Positions 17,118 to 25,892 of a stretch of 64,000 bases of DNA are shown one piece after another. Source of the DNA: an uncultured Pseudomonadota bacterium (lineage in GTDB: Bacteria; UBA10199; JADFYH01); the NCBI GenBank assembly GCA_964595045.1, contig CAZQOW010000001.1, forward strand, positions 9,183-73,182. The letters run 5' to 3'. The position numbers were made by a program, and so were the translations under genes. The notes beneath the pieces are model-generated. The model saw only the letters and a program-made list of their open reading frames with translations, searched no databases and had not been told where the DNA came from. How positions within the stretch are numbered: the stretch's first letter is position 1; each line of letters starts with the position of its first letter.

Positions 17118-17597
17118 ATGAATGCTTGGTACGTCATTCGAACGAAACTAAAAAAAGAAAAAGAAGTTATAAACCAGCTCAACAGAGCTCATTATGAACT
17201 CTTCTTTCCCCAAATGAATGCAGTTCCATCTCCTAAACCTCTTTTTCCTTGCTATCTCTTCATCCGAACAGATTTTACCGATCCAAATCATCACCGAATG
17301 GTCCGATACACTCGCGGAGTAAACAGAATTTTGGGAACTGGAACAGATCCTGCCCCTGTTTCGGATATCGTCATTGAAACTTTAAAAATGAAAACGGAAA
17401 ACGGTTTACTGCGGGAACAAGAACTTCTTTTTAAAGAAGGGGACGAGGTAAAGGTGAAAAAGGGAATCTTAAAAGATCTGCAGGGAATGATAGAAAAAAA
17501 TCTTCCGGCTGCAGGTCGGGTAAAAGTATTGTTTAAATGGTTGAACGTAAATATGCGAGCAACCTTGAAATACACTGATTTAGAAAGACATGGTTAA
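17118..17597 (+). CDS. NusG/RfaH-family specialised transcription antiterminator (NGN + KOW domains)
   Basis: NGN start WYVIRTKLKKEKEVINQL, KOW-like FKEGDEVKVKKGILKDLQGMIEK, 159 aa. First gene of a co-directional gene run of about 42 kb, preceded by a 360-nt leader. Confidence 0.7.
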   Translation: MNAWYVIRTKLKKEKEVINQLNRAHYELFFPQMNAVPSPKPLFPCYLFIRTDFTDPNHHRMVRYTRGVNRILGTGTDPAPVSDIVIETLKMKTENGLLREQELLFKEGDEVKVKKGILKDLQGMIEKNLPAAGRVKVLFKWLNVNMRATLKYTDLERHG

Positions 17598-17642
17598 TTT
17601 CTGTTTAAGAAAAGTTTTACATTTTTTGGTCTTATCTGCGTT

Positions 17643-19310
17643 TTGAGCTTATTTTACAATTCGTTCGCTTACACTCAAGCATCCATCAATATATCGACCT
17701 TAGATCCTGTTTATCGAGACATTGATCGGCTAACTTCCCAAGGGTTGGTGGACAAAATCATTGTGGGGCAACGTCCCTATTCACGAAAAGAAATTGCAAG
17801 AATTGTTTCTGAAGCGATAAAACATCTCCCGAACCTAGAAGAGAAACTCAATAACCCCAAACTTTCTGAAACAGAAAAGCAGGCGATTCAAGCCAGAATA
17901 GACTATTTAAAACCGACTCTTAACCGTTTAAAACAGGACTTTCATGAGGAGTTAGTTTTCTTAAAAACCGTAGAAGGGGAAAACAATTGGTACTCTCTTC
18001 ATCCACTAGAAAAAGTAACCGTCGATCTGACAGGATCCAATAGTAAATCAAGACAGGTGATTCCGAACAATGGTGCTGGAAGCATCAATGCCACCATCAA
18101 TCCGCTTCTTCAATATCAACAAGGAAGAGAATTAATTGAAGGAGTGAACCCTTCTCTCGAAACCACTCATTGGGCGAGACTCACAAACCATTTTGCTCTT
18201 TATCTGCAACCCCGTTTTCAACTAGCTTTTGCAACCGGCAACAATGAATCAAATGATAATAATATTTTCCTTCTCTATCTTTACGGCAAAGTTTATTTTA
18301 AAAATTTTGAATTAGAAGTAGGTCGAGACAATCTAGTTTGGGGACAGGGAAAAGATGCGGGACTCGTCTTATCCAATAACCCCCGCGGTCTCGACATGAT
18401 AAAGATTTCCAATGATAGCCCTTTTTTTCTCCCTTCCATCTTAAAATATCTCGGGGCGATCAAAATGTCTTATTTCTTTTCTAATTTGGGTCCTGAGCAA
18501 AATTATCCCTATCCTTATCTTTTAGGATATAAGTTTAGCATTCAACCATTTTCGTTCTTCGAACTCGGGTATGAAATGTTAGTGGAGTCAGGAGGAAGAG
18601 GTGCACCTTACAACTCTTTTAAAAATAGCTTATTAGAAGGAATCCCTTTCGGTGCTTTATATAATGGAGCCAATTCCGATATTGCTTCCAATAAAATGGG
18701 AGGACTCGATTTTCGATTTCGAATTCCGCCTGCTCGAAATTTGGAGATTTACGGTGAGTTTATATTAGATGACAGCCCTACTATTAATCGAACAAAAGAT
18801 TTTTTTCTTTTAGACTCAGGATTTATGGGTGGAATTTATTTAGGACGATTGGTGAATACTGGAAAAGCAGATTTGAGATTAGAATATCATCATACAGGAC
18901 CCATCTTTTATCGAAACTCCCAATACACAACTGGTTTAACTTTAAATGGATTTATCTTAGGAGATAACTTAGGTCCTGATGCACAGGGGTTTTATTTAAA
19001 CTCCAACGTAGATATTAATTCACAAAATCAACTGACATTTAATGAAGCTGTGGAACTCAGAAGCGGTGATATTTGGGCTGGTGCTGTGAGCCCTCAATTT
19101 GTAGTGATTCAAAATAATCCAAGTGAAAATCGCTATCGCACAACAGTCGAATGGTTATACCGCATGAATAAAAATCCATTTCTTATAAAAACAAAGGTTG
19201 GATACGAATTTGTTCAAAATTTCAATTTTGTAAGCAGTCAAAGTCGAAATAATTTTTTAGGAGAAATTTCCTTTCAATTCAACATTGACCATTTAATCCA
19301 CTTACAATAA
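17643..19310 (+). CDS. Wzi-like capsule-anchoring outer-membrane beta-barrel protein
   Basis: N-terminal LDPVYRDIDRLTSQGLVDKIIVGQRPYSRKEIARIV matches the Wzi D..L.DRG.I...PLS..EIAR.L motif. About 555 aa, aromatic-rich with alternating beta-strand pattern. TTG start, N-terminus uncertain. Confidence 0.55.
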   Translation: MSLFYNSFAYTQASINISTLDPVYRDIDRLTSQGLVDKIIVGQRPYSRKEIARIVSEAIKHLPNLEEKLNNPKLSETEKQAIQARIDYLKPTLNRLKQDFHEELVFLKTVEGENNWYSLHPLEKVTVDLTGSNSKSRQVIPNNGAGSINATINPLLQYQQGRELIEGVNPSLETTHWARLTNHFALYLQPRFQLAFATGNNESNDNNIFLLYLYGKVYFKNFELEVGRDNLVWGQGKDAGLVLSNNPRGLDMIKISNDSPFFLPSILKYLGAIKMSYFFSNLGPEQNYPYPYLLGYKFSIQPFSFFELGYEMLVESGGRGAPYNSFKNSLLEGIPFGALYNGANSDIASNKMGGLDFRFRIPPARNLEIYGEFILDDSPTINRTKDFFLLDSGFMGGIYLGRLVNTGKADLRLEYHHTGPIFYRNSQYTTGLTLNGFILGDNLGPDAQGFYLNSNVDINSQNQLTFNEAVELRSGDIWAGAVSPQFVVIQNNPSENRYRTTVEWLYRMNKNPFLIKTKVGYEFVQNFNFVSSQSRNNFLGEISFQFNIDHLIHLQ

Positions 19311-19356
19311 GCATATAATAAAACGGTAATCTTTATAAAATTCAAAAATATAATTT

Positions 19357-20658
19357 ATGGAAAATTTTCATCTAAAAATAGCAGATAAATCGGTTCGAGC
19401 AGCAGTGATTGGCTTAGGTTATGTAGGTCTCCCTCTTGCGGTTGAAATTGCTAAAAACGGTTTTAACATTTGGGGATTCGATATTTCAGAAGCTAAAATT
19501 AATACATTAGTACAGGGACAAACATATATAAAGGATATTGACGAACCAAGTTTCTATAATTTAGTTAAAAGCGGAAAATTTAAGGCCACTACCGATTTTT
19601 CGCATCTAAAAGATTGCGATCTTATTTCTATTTGCGTTCCAACTCCTCTCGGAAAAGGAAAAGATCCAGACGTTTCATATATCCTACAAGCTGTAAACGA
19701 AATAAAAAAATACCTTCGCCCTGGACAAACGATCATATTAGAGTCTACCACGTACCCTGGCACTACCAACGAATTGGTTTTAACTCTTCTCGAGGAAACT
19801 GGTCTAAAAGTTGGAAAAGATTTTTATTTGGCTTTTTCTCCTGAGAGAATTGATCCAGGAAACAAAAAGTTTGGAATTAAGAATACCCCTAAAATTATTG
19901 GAGGAGCCACTCATAACTGTACAGAAATAGCCTGCAGTTTTTATAAAACCTTTATCGATAAAGTTATCCCTGTAAGCTCTACTCAAGTTGCAGAGATGGT
20001 AAAACTTCTTGAGAACACCTTTCGAGCAGTCAACATAGGACTCGCTAACGAAATAGCCATTATCTGTAACCGCTTAGGAATTAACACTTGGGAGGTTATT
20101 GAAGCTGCTGCAACTAAGCCTTTTGGATTTATGCCTTTTTACCCGGGCCCAGGTCTTGGGGGACATTGCATTCCGGTTGATCCTCATTATCTAGTCTGGA
20201 AATTAAGATCCATGGATTATAACCCCAAATTTATTCAATTGGCGGATGAAATTAATTCTTCTATGCCCCGAGTTGTTGTTGAAAAAATTACATCTGCTTT
20301 AAACTCTAGAAAAAAATCGGTCATGAGTTCTAAAGTTATGATCTTAGGGGTTGCTTATAAAAGCAACATTGATGATTATCGTGAGTCTCCTGCACTTGAC
20401 GTTATTAAACTCCTTAAAGAAAAAGGAGCCGAGGTATCCTATTACGATCCATATATCCCATCAATAAAGTTTGATGGATTTTTTTTAGAATCTGTTTCAC
20501 AAATAGTAAATTTAAATATTTATGATTGTGTAGCTATTCTTACGCATCATGATCAATTTTTAGTGAAAAAAATATTGGAAGAATGCAATCTTTTAGTAGA
20601 TGCACGAAATGCTACAAAAGACATTCTTGGTTTTTCAGAAAAAATTTTTAGGATTTAA
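19357..20658 (+). CDS. Nucleotide-sugar 6-dehydrogenase (UDP-glucose/GDP-mannose dehydrogenase family; UDP-GlcNAc/ManNAc dehydrogenase-like)
   Basis: N-terminal Rossmann VIGLGYVGLPLA. Catalytic GGHCIPVDP with Cys, 433 aa. Confidence 0.85.
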   Translation: MENFHLKIADKSVRAAVIGLGYVGLPLAVEIAKNGFNIWGFDISEAKINTLVQGQTYIKDIDEPSFYNLVKSGKFKATTDFSHLKDCDLISICVPTPLGKGKDPDVSYILQAVNEIKKYLRPGQTIILESTTYPGTTNELVLTLLEETGLKVGKDFYLAFSPERIDPGNKKFGIKNTPKIIGGATHNCTEIACSFYKTFIDKVIPVSSTQVAEMVKLLENTFRAVNIGLANEIAIICNRLGINTWEVIEAAATKPFGFMPFYPGPGLGGHCIPVDPHYLVWKLRSMDYNPKFIQLADEINSSMPRVVVEKITSALNSRKKSVMSSKVMILGVAYKSNIDDYRESPALDVIKLLKEKGAEVSYYDPYIPSIKFDGFFLESVSQIVNLNIYDCVAILTHHDQFLVKKILEECNLLVDARNATKDILGFSEKIFRI

Positions 20659-20793
20659 TCTGTAATTAACCAAATAAATTTTTTCTACCTACCATTAAGA
20701 TATGACAGAAGAATGGTTTAACTAACTATCGTCTTTCATCAAAGCTCAAAAGCTCAACTACTATTAAAATCAATAAACGTTATATTTTCTATT

Positions 20794-21717
20794 ATGAGAA
20801 TTTTGTTTACTGGAGGTTCAAGTTTTTTGGCATTAAATTGGGCTTGTTGTATGAGAGAACAACACGAGATTATACTTTCTACTCATAAAAAAACTATCTT
20901 ATTAAAAGGTGTCAGAACAGTACCTGGAAATTTTGGTTCTTTTGATACCATTCGAGAAAATCTACAAAAAATTCAGCCGGATCTCATTATAAACACTGCC
21001 GCTATTACTAATGTAGATGAATGCGAGCATTATCCAGGAGCAGCTTATGAATTAAATGCTGAATTCACACACCGAATAGCAAAAGCTGCTTTTTTAGAAA
21101 AAATTTCTTTTATTCATATTTCAACTGATCAGCTTTTTGATGGTTCACAATCCTTTATAAAAGAAAATGAAATCCCCTCTCCTTTGAACGTATATGGTAA
21201 AACCAAAGCACTTGCTGAGCTTTATGTATTGCAAGCCGCGCCTACAGCTTTGATTTTGAGAACAAATTTTTTTGCCTGGGGACATAAATTTCGTAATTCT
21301 TTAACTGATTGGATTTTACAAAGTATGAGATCTGATCAAGAGATCAAAATGTTTAAAGATGTTTTTTTCACTCCTATATTGGCTGATAATTTGATTAAAA
21401 CTGCTCATATTCTTCTAGAAGCTAGAGAGAAAGGGATTTTTCATATCGTAGGAGATGAACGAATTTCAAAATATGATTTTGCAATTCGTATTGCAAAAAT
21501 TTTTGGTTTTTCTGAAGGACTTATAATTCCGATTCATCTCGCAGATAAAAAGTTGGCTGCAAGACGCCCTTTTGATATGTCTTTAAATAATCATAAAACC
21601 TGTTCAGCTACTGGTAAATGTCTTGGAGATATTGATATGCAAATCAACGAACTTAAGCTTCAACAAGAGAAAGGTAGAGCCGAAGAGTTAAGAACGGCTG
21701 TGGTAAACAACGTATGA
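20794..21717 (+). CDS. RmlD-like NAD(P)H-dependent sugar reductase (dTDP-4-dehydrorhamnose reductase family)
   Basis: RmlD substrate-binding-domain pattern (ILFTGGSSFLA, NTAAITNVDECE, YGKTKALAE), 307 aa. Glycine motif somewhat degenerate. Confidence 0.55.
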   Translation: MRILFTGGSSFLALNWACCMREQHEIILSTHKKTILLKGVRTVPGNFGSFDTIRENLQKIQPDLIINTAAITNVDECEHYPGAAYELNAEFTHRIAKAAFLEKISFIHISTDQLFDGSQSFIKENEIPSPLNVYGKTKALAELYVLQAAPTALILRTNFFAWGHKFRNSLTDWILQSMRSDQEIKMFKDVFFTPILADNLIKTAHILLEAREKGIFHIVGDERISKYDFAIRIAKIFGFSEGLIIPIHLADKKLAARRPFDMSLNNHKTCSATGKCLGDIDMQINELKLQQEKGRAEELRTAVVNNV

Positions 21718-22706
21718 TTTTAGATGGAAAATCAATCCTGGTAACTGGAGCTACTGGTTCATTTGGAAAACGTTTCATAAAAACTGTTTTAGAAAACCAC
21801 AAACCTAAAAGAATAGTTGCTTTCAGCCGTGATGAGCTCAAACAGTTTGAACTGCAACAGCATTTAAGCTCCCCTATTCTACATTATATGTTAGGTGATG
21901 TTCGCGACAAAGAAAGACTTTATCGTGCAACAGATGGAATAGACTGTGTTGTCCATGCCGCTGCCATGAAACAGGTCCCTTCCTCTGAACATAATCCAAT
22001 GGAAGCAATTAAAACTAATATTATTGGTGCAGAAAATATTATCAATGTTTGTATTGATCAGGGAATTGAACGTGTCATAGCTATGAGCACTGATAAAGCA
22101 GCTAATCCAGTAAATCTTTATGGCGCAACAAAACTATGCTCGGACAAGCTTTTTATAGCAGCAAACGATCTCTCTCGAAAACATCGCACCCATTTTTCAG
22201 TGGTACGCTATGGGAACGTTGTTGGTTCCCGAGGCAGTGTCATCCCTTTTTTCATGAAATGCCGACAAAGTGGCACTTTGCCGATTACAGATGTCCGTAT
22301 GACTCGCTTCTGGATTACTCTTAGTCAAGGAGTACAGTTTGTCATTCGCTCTTTAGAACGAATGAGAGGGGGAGAGCTATTCGTACCAAAAATACCATCC
22401 ATGAATATTATGGATGTCGCTAAAGTCGTAGCCCCAGAGTGTCAGACAGAAATTATAGGAATACGACCTGGAGAAAAGCTTCATGAAATTATGATTACGC
22501 GAGATGATTCAATTCATACTCTTGAATTTGACGACTTTTTTGTTGTTCAACCCTCTGCGGAGTGGTGGAATAAAAAAAATTATAAAGAGGAGTCGGGTGG
22601 CAAACCAGTCCCTGAAGATTTCCAATTTAGCAGTGATCTGAATAATCAATGGATGACAGTTGCAGAGTTAACAGATCTTTTAAAAAGAGAACCAATTGAA
22701 TTATGA
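21714..22706 (+). CDS. pseB: UDP-GlcNAc 4,6-dehydratase/5-epimerase (PseB/FlaA1-type short CapD)
   Basis: KSILVTGATGSFGKRFIKTVL, FSRDELKQ, HAAAMKQVPSSEHNPMEAIKTNIIGAENI, STDKAANPVNLYGATK. Near-collinear with PseB. Followed by a DegT aminotransferase. Confidence 0.8.
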   Translation: MILDGKSILVTGATGSFGKRFIKTVLENHKPKRIVAFSRDELKQFELQQHLSSPILHYMLGDVRDKERLYRATDGIDCVVHAAAMKQVPSSEHNPMEAIKTNIIGAENIINVCIDQGIERVIAMSTDKAANPVNLYGATKLCSDKLFIAANDLSRKHRTHFSVVRYGNVVGSRGSVIPFFMKCRQSGTLPITDVRMTRFWITLSQGVQFVIRSLERMRGGELFVPKIPSMNIMDVAKVVAPECQTEIIGIRPGEKLHEIMITRDDSIHTLEFDDFFVVQPSAEWWNKKNYKEESGGKPVPEDFQFSSDLNNQWMTVAELTDLLKREPIEL

Positions 22707-23941
22707 TTCCCTACGGTCAACACTTTATTGATGAAGAAGATATTCAGGCGGTTGTTGAGCTTTTGCGTACCGGATATCTTACACAAGGTCCAAAAATTAT
22801 TGAGTTTGAAAAAACAGTCGCCCAATATGTAGGGGCCAAATTTGCTGTCGCCACTTCTAGTGGAACAACGGCTCTACATCTTGCTTGTATTGCTGCTGGA
22901 ATTGAACCTGGAGATAATTTAATCACTTCTCCTAATACTTTTGTGGCTAGCTCTAATTGTGCCATTTACGTAGGTGCCATTCCTCACTTTGCTGATATTC
23001 ATCCGGAAACTTTAAATATCGATTCATTCAAACTTAAAGAAAAACTTAATGAACTGGGTCGTGTGAAGGCTATCATACCTGTTCACTTTGCAGGTTTTCC
23101 TTGTGAGATGCCCGTAATCAAAAAAATAGCCGATGATTTGGGCGCCAATATTATCGAAGATGGTGCACACGCTTTTGGCGCATCTTATCCAGATGGGGGG
23201 AAAGTGGGAAATTGTGCCCATTCTCTTATGACGGTTTTCTCTTTTCATCCGGTAAAAATGATTACTTCAGGAGAAGGAGGAATCATTACAACCAATGATG
23301 AGGATTGCTATCGAAACCTTCTACGATTTCGAAGTCACGGCATCAATAAAGGGAATGACCCTTTTATAGATCTTAAGCTAGCATTCGACGAAGGCAAAGT
23401 AAACCCTTGGTATTACGAAATGCAATATTTAGGTTTTAATTACCGTATTACTGATATTCAATGTGCTCTAGCTATTTCTCAAATGAAAAAGCTGGATCAG
23501 TTTGTGATGAAACGTCGTGAAATTGCCATTCGTTACGATGAAGCATTTGCCGATCTTCCTTACTTAATGAAAACGCAAGTGGAAGGAAGAGACTTAAGCA
23601 GTCATCATCTTTATGTAGTCCGTATTCAATTTGAAGAGCTTGGTATTTCTCGGCGTGAATTAATGGCAAAACTAGCCAGTTTGGGAGTTGGGAGCCACGT
23701 TCATTACATTCCGGTACCAATGCAACCTTACTATCGAGAACATTACCAAATTCCGGAAAGAGATTACCGCGAGGCTAATCAATACTATCAAGAAGCTCTC
23801 ACACTACCAATTTTTCCCTCTATGAAAGAGGAAGAGATCAGTAACGTCATCAACTCTGTTAAATCTATTTGTCTGCATGAATATAAAAAATCTCTCAATA
23901 CTGATCGTCGGCTGCGGCTCGATCGGCAAGCGACACGCTAA
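22703..23941 (+). CDS. pseC: DegT/DnrJ/EryC1-family aminotransferase (PseC-like, UDP-4-keto-6-deoxy sugar 4-aminotransferase). 3' end probably about 70 nt shorter than the ORF.
   Basis: SSGTTALHLA, FSFHPVKMITSGEGG (Lys-PLP region), 412-aa ORF. The last ~22 aa overlap the next gene and look like read-through. Confidence 0.75.
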   Translation: MIPYGQHFIDEEDIQAVVELLRTGYLTQGPKIIEFEKTVAQYVGAKFAVATSSGTTALHLACIAAGIEPGDNLITSPNTFVASSNCAIYVGAIPHFADIHPETLNIDSFKLKEKLNELGRVKAIIPVHFAGFPCEMPVIKKIADDLGANIIEDGAHAFGASYPDGGKVGNCAHSLMTVFSFHPVKMITSGEGGIITTNDEDCYRNLLRFRSHGINKGNDPFIDLKLAFDEGKVNPWYYEMQYLGFNYRITDIQCALAISQMKKLDQFVMKRREIAIRYDEAFADLPYLMKTQVEGRDLSSHHLYVVRIQFEELGISRRELMAKLASLGVGSHVHYIPVPMQPYYREHYQIPERDYREANQYYQEALTLPIFPSMKEEEISNVINSVKSICLHEYKKSLNTDRRLRLDRQATR

Positions 23942-24881
23942 AAACCTTCTTCAATGCGGAGTCTACAAAATTTGTGGTGTCGACCCTAACGTTCAACGAC
24001 GGGAGGAAATGTGTTCAATCACAAACACTCAAAGTTTTGCTTCCATGGAAGAAGCTTTGATTAACGATTCTTTTGATGCCGCTTTTATCACATCGCCCAC
24101 TTCTTCGCATATTACAGATGCCTTATATGCTGCCAACTTTAACTGTCATCTCTTTATTGAAAAACCTTTATCGCACAGTCTTGAGCAGCTAAATGAGCTG
24201 ATCGAAATTGTTCGGAGTAGAAGAATTAAGGGACATCTTGGAAGCAATTGGAAGTTTCATCCTTCTTTCAAACGGATAAAAAAAATTCTCGAAAATAACG
24301 AAATTGGAAAACTGCTGTCGGTTCGTTGCCAAGCAGGTCAATATCTTCCCGATTGGCATCCTTGGGAAGATTATCGCAAAGGATACTCAGCCAATAAAAA
24401 AATGGGGGGGGGAATCCTTCTAGATTGTCATGAGTTTGATTATTTAACCTGGTTTGTGGGTGAACCTGAAAAAATTGCCTGTTTTACCGATAAAACAAGT
24501 TCTTTAGAAATTGACACAGAAGATGTCGCTGAAGTGATTCTGAAATTCAAAAACGGTTCTATCGGTGAAATTCATGTAGATTATATTCAACGTGCATACC
24601 AAAGAAATTATGAATTCTTTGGTGAAGAAGGCTCTCTGTTTTGGAATTTCAATTCAAAAAAAGTTCGCCTCTATTTAGCTCGTGATAAGTCTTGGCAAGA
24701 ATGGCAAGAACCGGAAGGTTATGATTTAAATCAAATGTATCTTGATCAAACCTCTCACTTTTTAAATGTATTAGCGGATGAAGAAAAGCCTATTACTCCA
24801 CTGGATCGTGGACGTGATGTACTTTCATGGATCTTAGCGGCAAAACAAGCTTCGGAAAACAACACAGTAATAAGGATATAA
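23877..24881 (+). CDS. Gfo/Idh/MocA-family NAD(P)-dependent oxidoreductase. Contains a G9 homopolymer at 24406-24414.
   Basis: N-terminal LSILIVGCGSIGKRHAKNL Rossmann, EKPL motif (LFIEKPLSHS), 334 aa. Confidence 0.75.
   Translation: MNIKNLSILIVGCGSIGKRHAKNLLQCGVYKICGVDPNVQRREEMCSITNTQSFASMEEALINDSFDAAFITSPTSSHITDALYAANFNCHLFIEKPLSHSLEQLNELIEIVRSRRIKGHLGSNWKFHPSFKRIKKILENNEIGKLLSVRCQAGQYLPDWHPWEDYRKGYSANKKMGGGILLDCHEFDYLTWFVGEPEKIACFTDKTSSLEIDTEDVAEVILKFKNGSIGEIHVDYIQRAYQRNYEFFGEEGSLFWNFNSKKVRLYLARDKSWQEWQEPEGYDLNQMYLDQTSHFLNVLADEEKPITPLDRGRDVLSWILAAKQASENNTVIRI
24406..24414 (+). repeat. G9 homopolymeric tract inside the Gfo/Idh/MocA oxidoreductase CDS (candidate slipped-strand phase-variation site)
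   Basis: aaaaaaATGGGGGGGGGaatcc encodes K-K-M-G-G-G-I in frame. It is the only G-run of 8 or more noticed in the window. Confidence 0.6.
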
Positions 24882-24882
24882 T

Positions 24883-25890
24883 ATGAACTCACTGAAGATC
24901 ATTGCTGAAGTAGCGCAAGGCTATGAAGGAAAACCCGAGCTCGCTGAAATGCTTGTCAAAGGAGCGGCAGCAGCAGGGGCAGACGCAGTCAAGTTCCAGC
25001 TTATTTATGCAGATGAATTGGCAACCCCTGATTATAAACACTTTCAACTTTTTCAATCTCTAGAAATGCAAGATGCTGTTTGGTTGAAAATTGCCTCTCT
25101 CGCTCAAGAAAAAAACATATCTCTCTTTTTGGATGTCTACGGTGCAAAGAGTTTAAAGCTTGCAGAACATATGCAAGTGTCTGGTGTCAAAATCCATAGC
25201 ACTGACATGCAAAATCTCGATCTACTTAAATCGATATCTAAATCAAAAATTCCCCTTATTTTTCTATCGATCAGCGGTTGTCTTCGAGAAGAAGTTCATC
25301 AAGCGATCGAGATCATGGGAGAAAAAAACATTGTTCTTCTCCATGGCTTTCAAAGCTATCCGACACCGATTGAAGCAAATCAAATCAAACGATTATCAAC
25401 GCTCATGACTCAGTTTGGAAACCGAAAAAATATTGGCTACGGGTTCGCAGATCATGTGCCTGTCGAAGATGAACTTCGCTTTACCCTCGCGGCTGTAGCG
25501 ATTGGTTTCGGAGTGAGCTACTTAGAAAAGCATTTGACACTTTCCAAAGTAATGAAACTAGAAGATCACGAGTCCGCCCTCTCTCCGGATGAGTTTTTAC
25601 GCTTTGTTCGCTTCATGAGGCAGTGCCACCAAGCTGTAGGCGAAACTGATCCTCTCAAGGGTGAATTTACAACGAATACTTCAGAACTAGACTACCGACG
25701 AATGACTCATAAACATGTCGTCACCGCACGAAAATTAGAATCCGGGACCCTCTTAACACCGGAGCTTTTGACCTTAAAAAGAACTGCCGCAGCCAATCCA
25801 CTCTATGATATTAAAAGCATCTATGGAAAACGCCTCACTAAAAGTCTGGAGCAGGGGGTAGCCGTTACCATTGAAGTATTGGAGACCTAA
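24883..25890 (+). CDS. NeuB-family nonulosonic-acid synthase paralog (SpsE-like; AQGYEG variant of the AGxNHNG loop) with C-terminal SAF domain
   Basis: IIAEVAQGYEGKPELAEMLVKGAAAAGADAVKFQ aligns with the NeuB N-terminus. C-terminal SAF-like HVVTARKLESGTLLTPELL, 335 aa. Confidence 0.65.
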   Translation: MNSLKIIAEVAQGYEGKPELAEMLVKGAAAAGADAVKFQLIYADELATPDYKHFQLFQSLEMQDAVWLKIASLAQEKNISLFLDVYGAKSLKLAEHMQVSGVKIHSTDMQNLDLLKSISKSKIPLIFLSISGCLREEVHQAIEIMGEKNIVLLHGFQSYPTPIEANQIKRLSTLMTQFGNRKNIGYGFADHVPVEDELRFTLAAVAIGFGVSYLEKHLTLSKVMKLEDHESALSPDEFLRFVRFMRQCHQAVGETDPLKGEFTTNTSELDYRRMTHKHVVTARKLESGTLLTPELLTLKRTAAANPLYDIKSIYGKRLTKSLEQGVAVTIEVLET

Positions 25891-25892
25891 TC

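Noticed and set aside
23877-23941. 65-nt overlap between the pseC-like gene and the oxidoreductase (and similar overlaps at 32126-32193 and 39376-39407) as possible programmed frameshift fusions
   Set aside because: In each case the downstream protein begins with its own N-terminal family motif (for example the Rossmann LSILIVGCGSIGK at 23877). The upstream protein has already reached its normal family length, so the overlap is better explained by 3' read-through tails or uncertain starts than by recoding.
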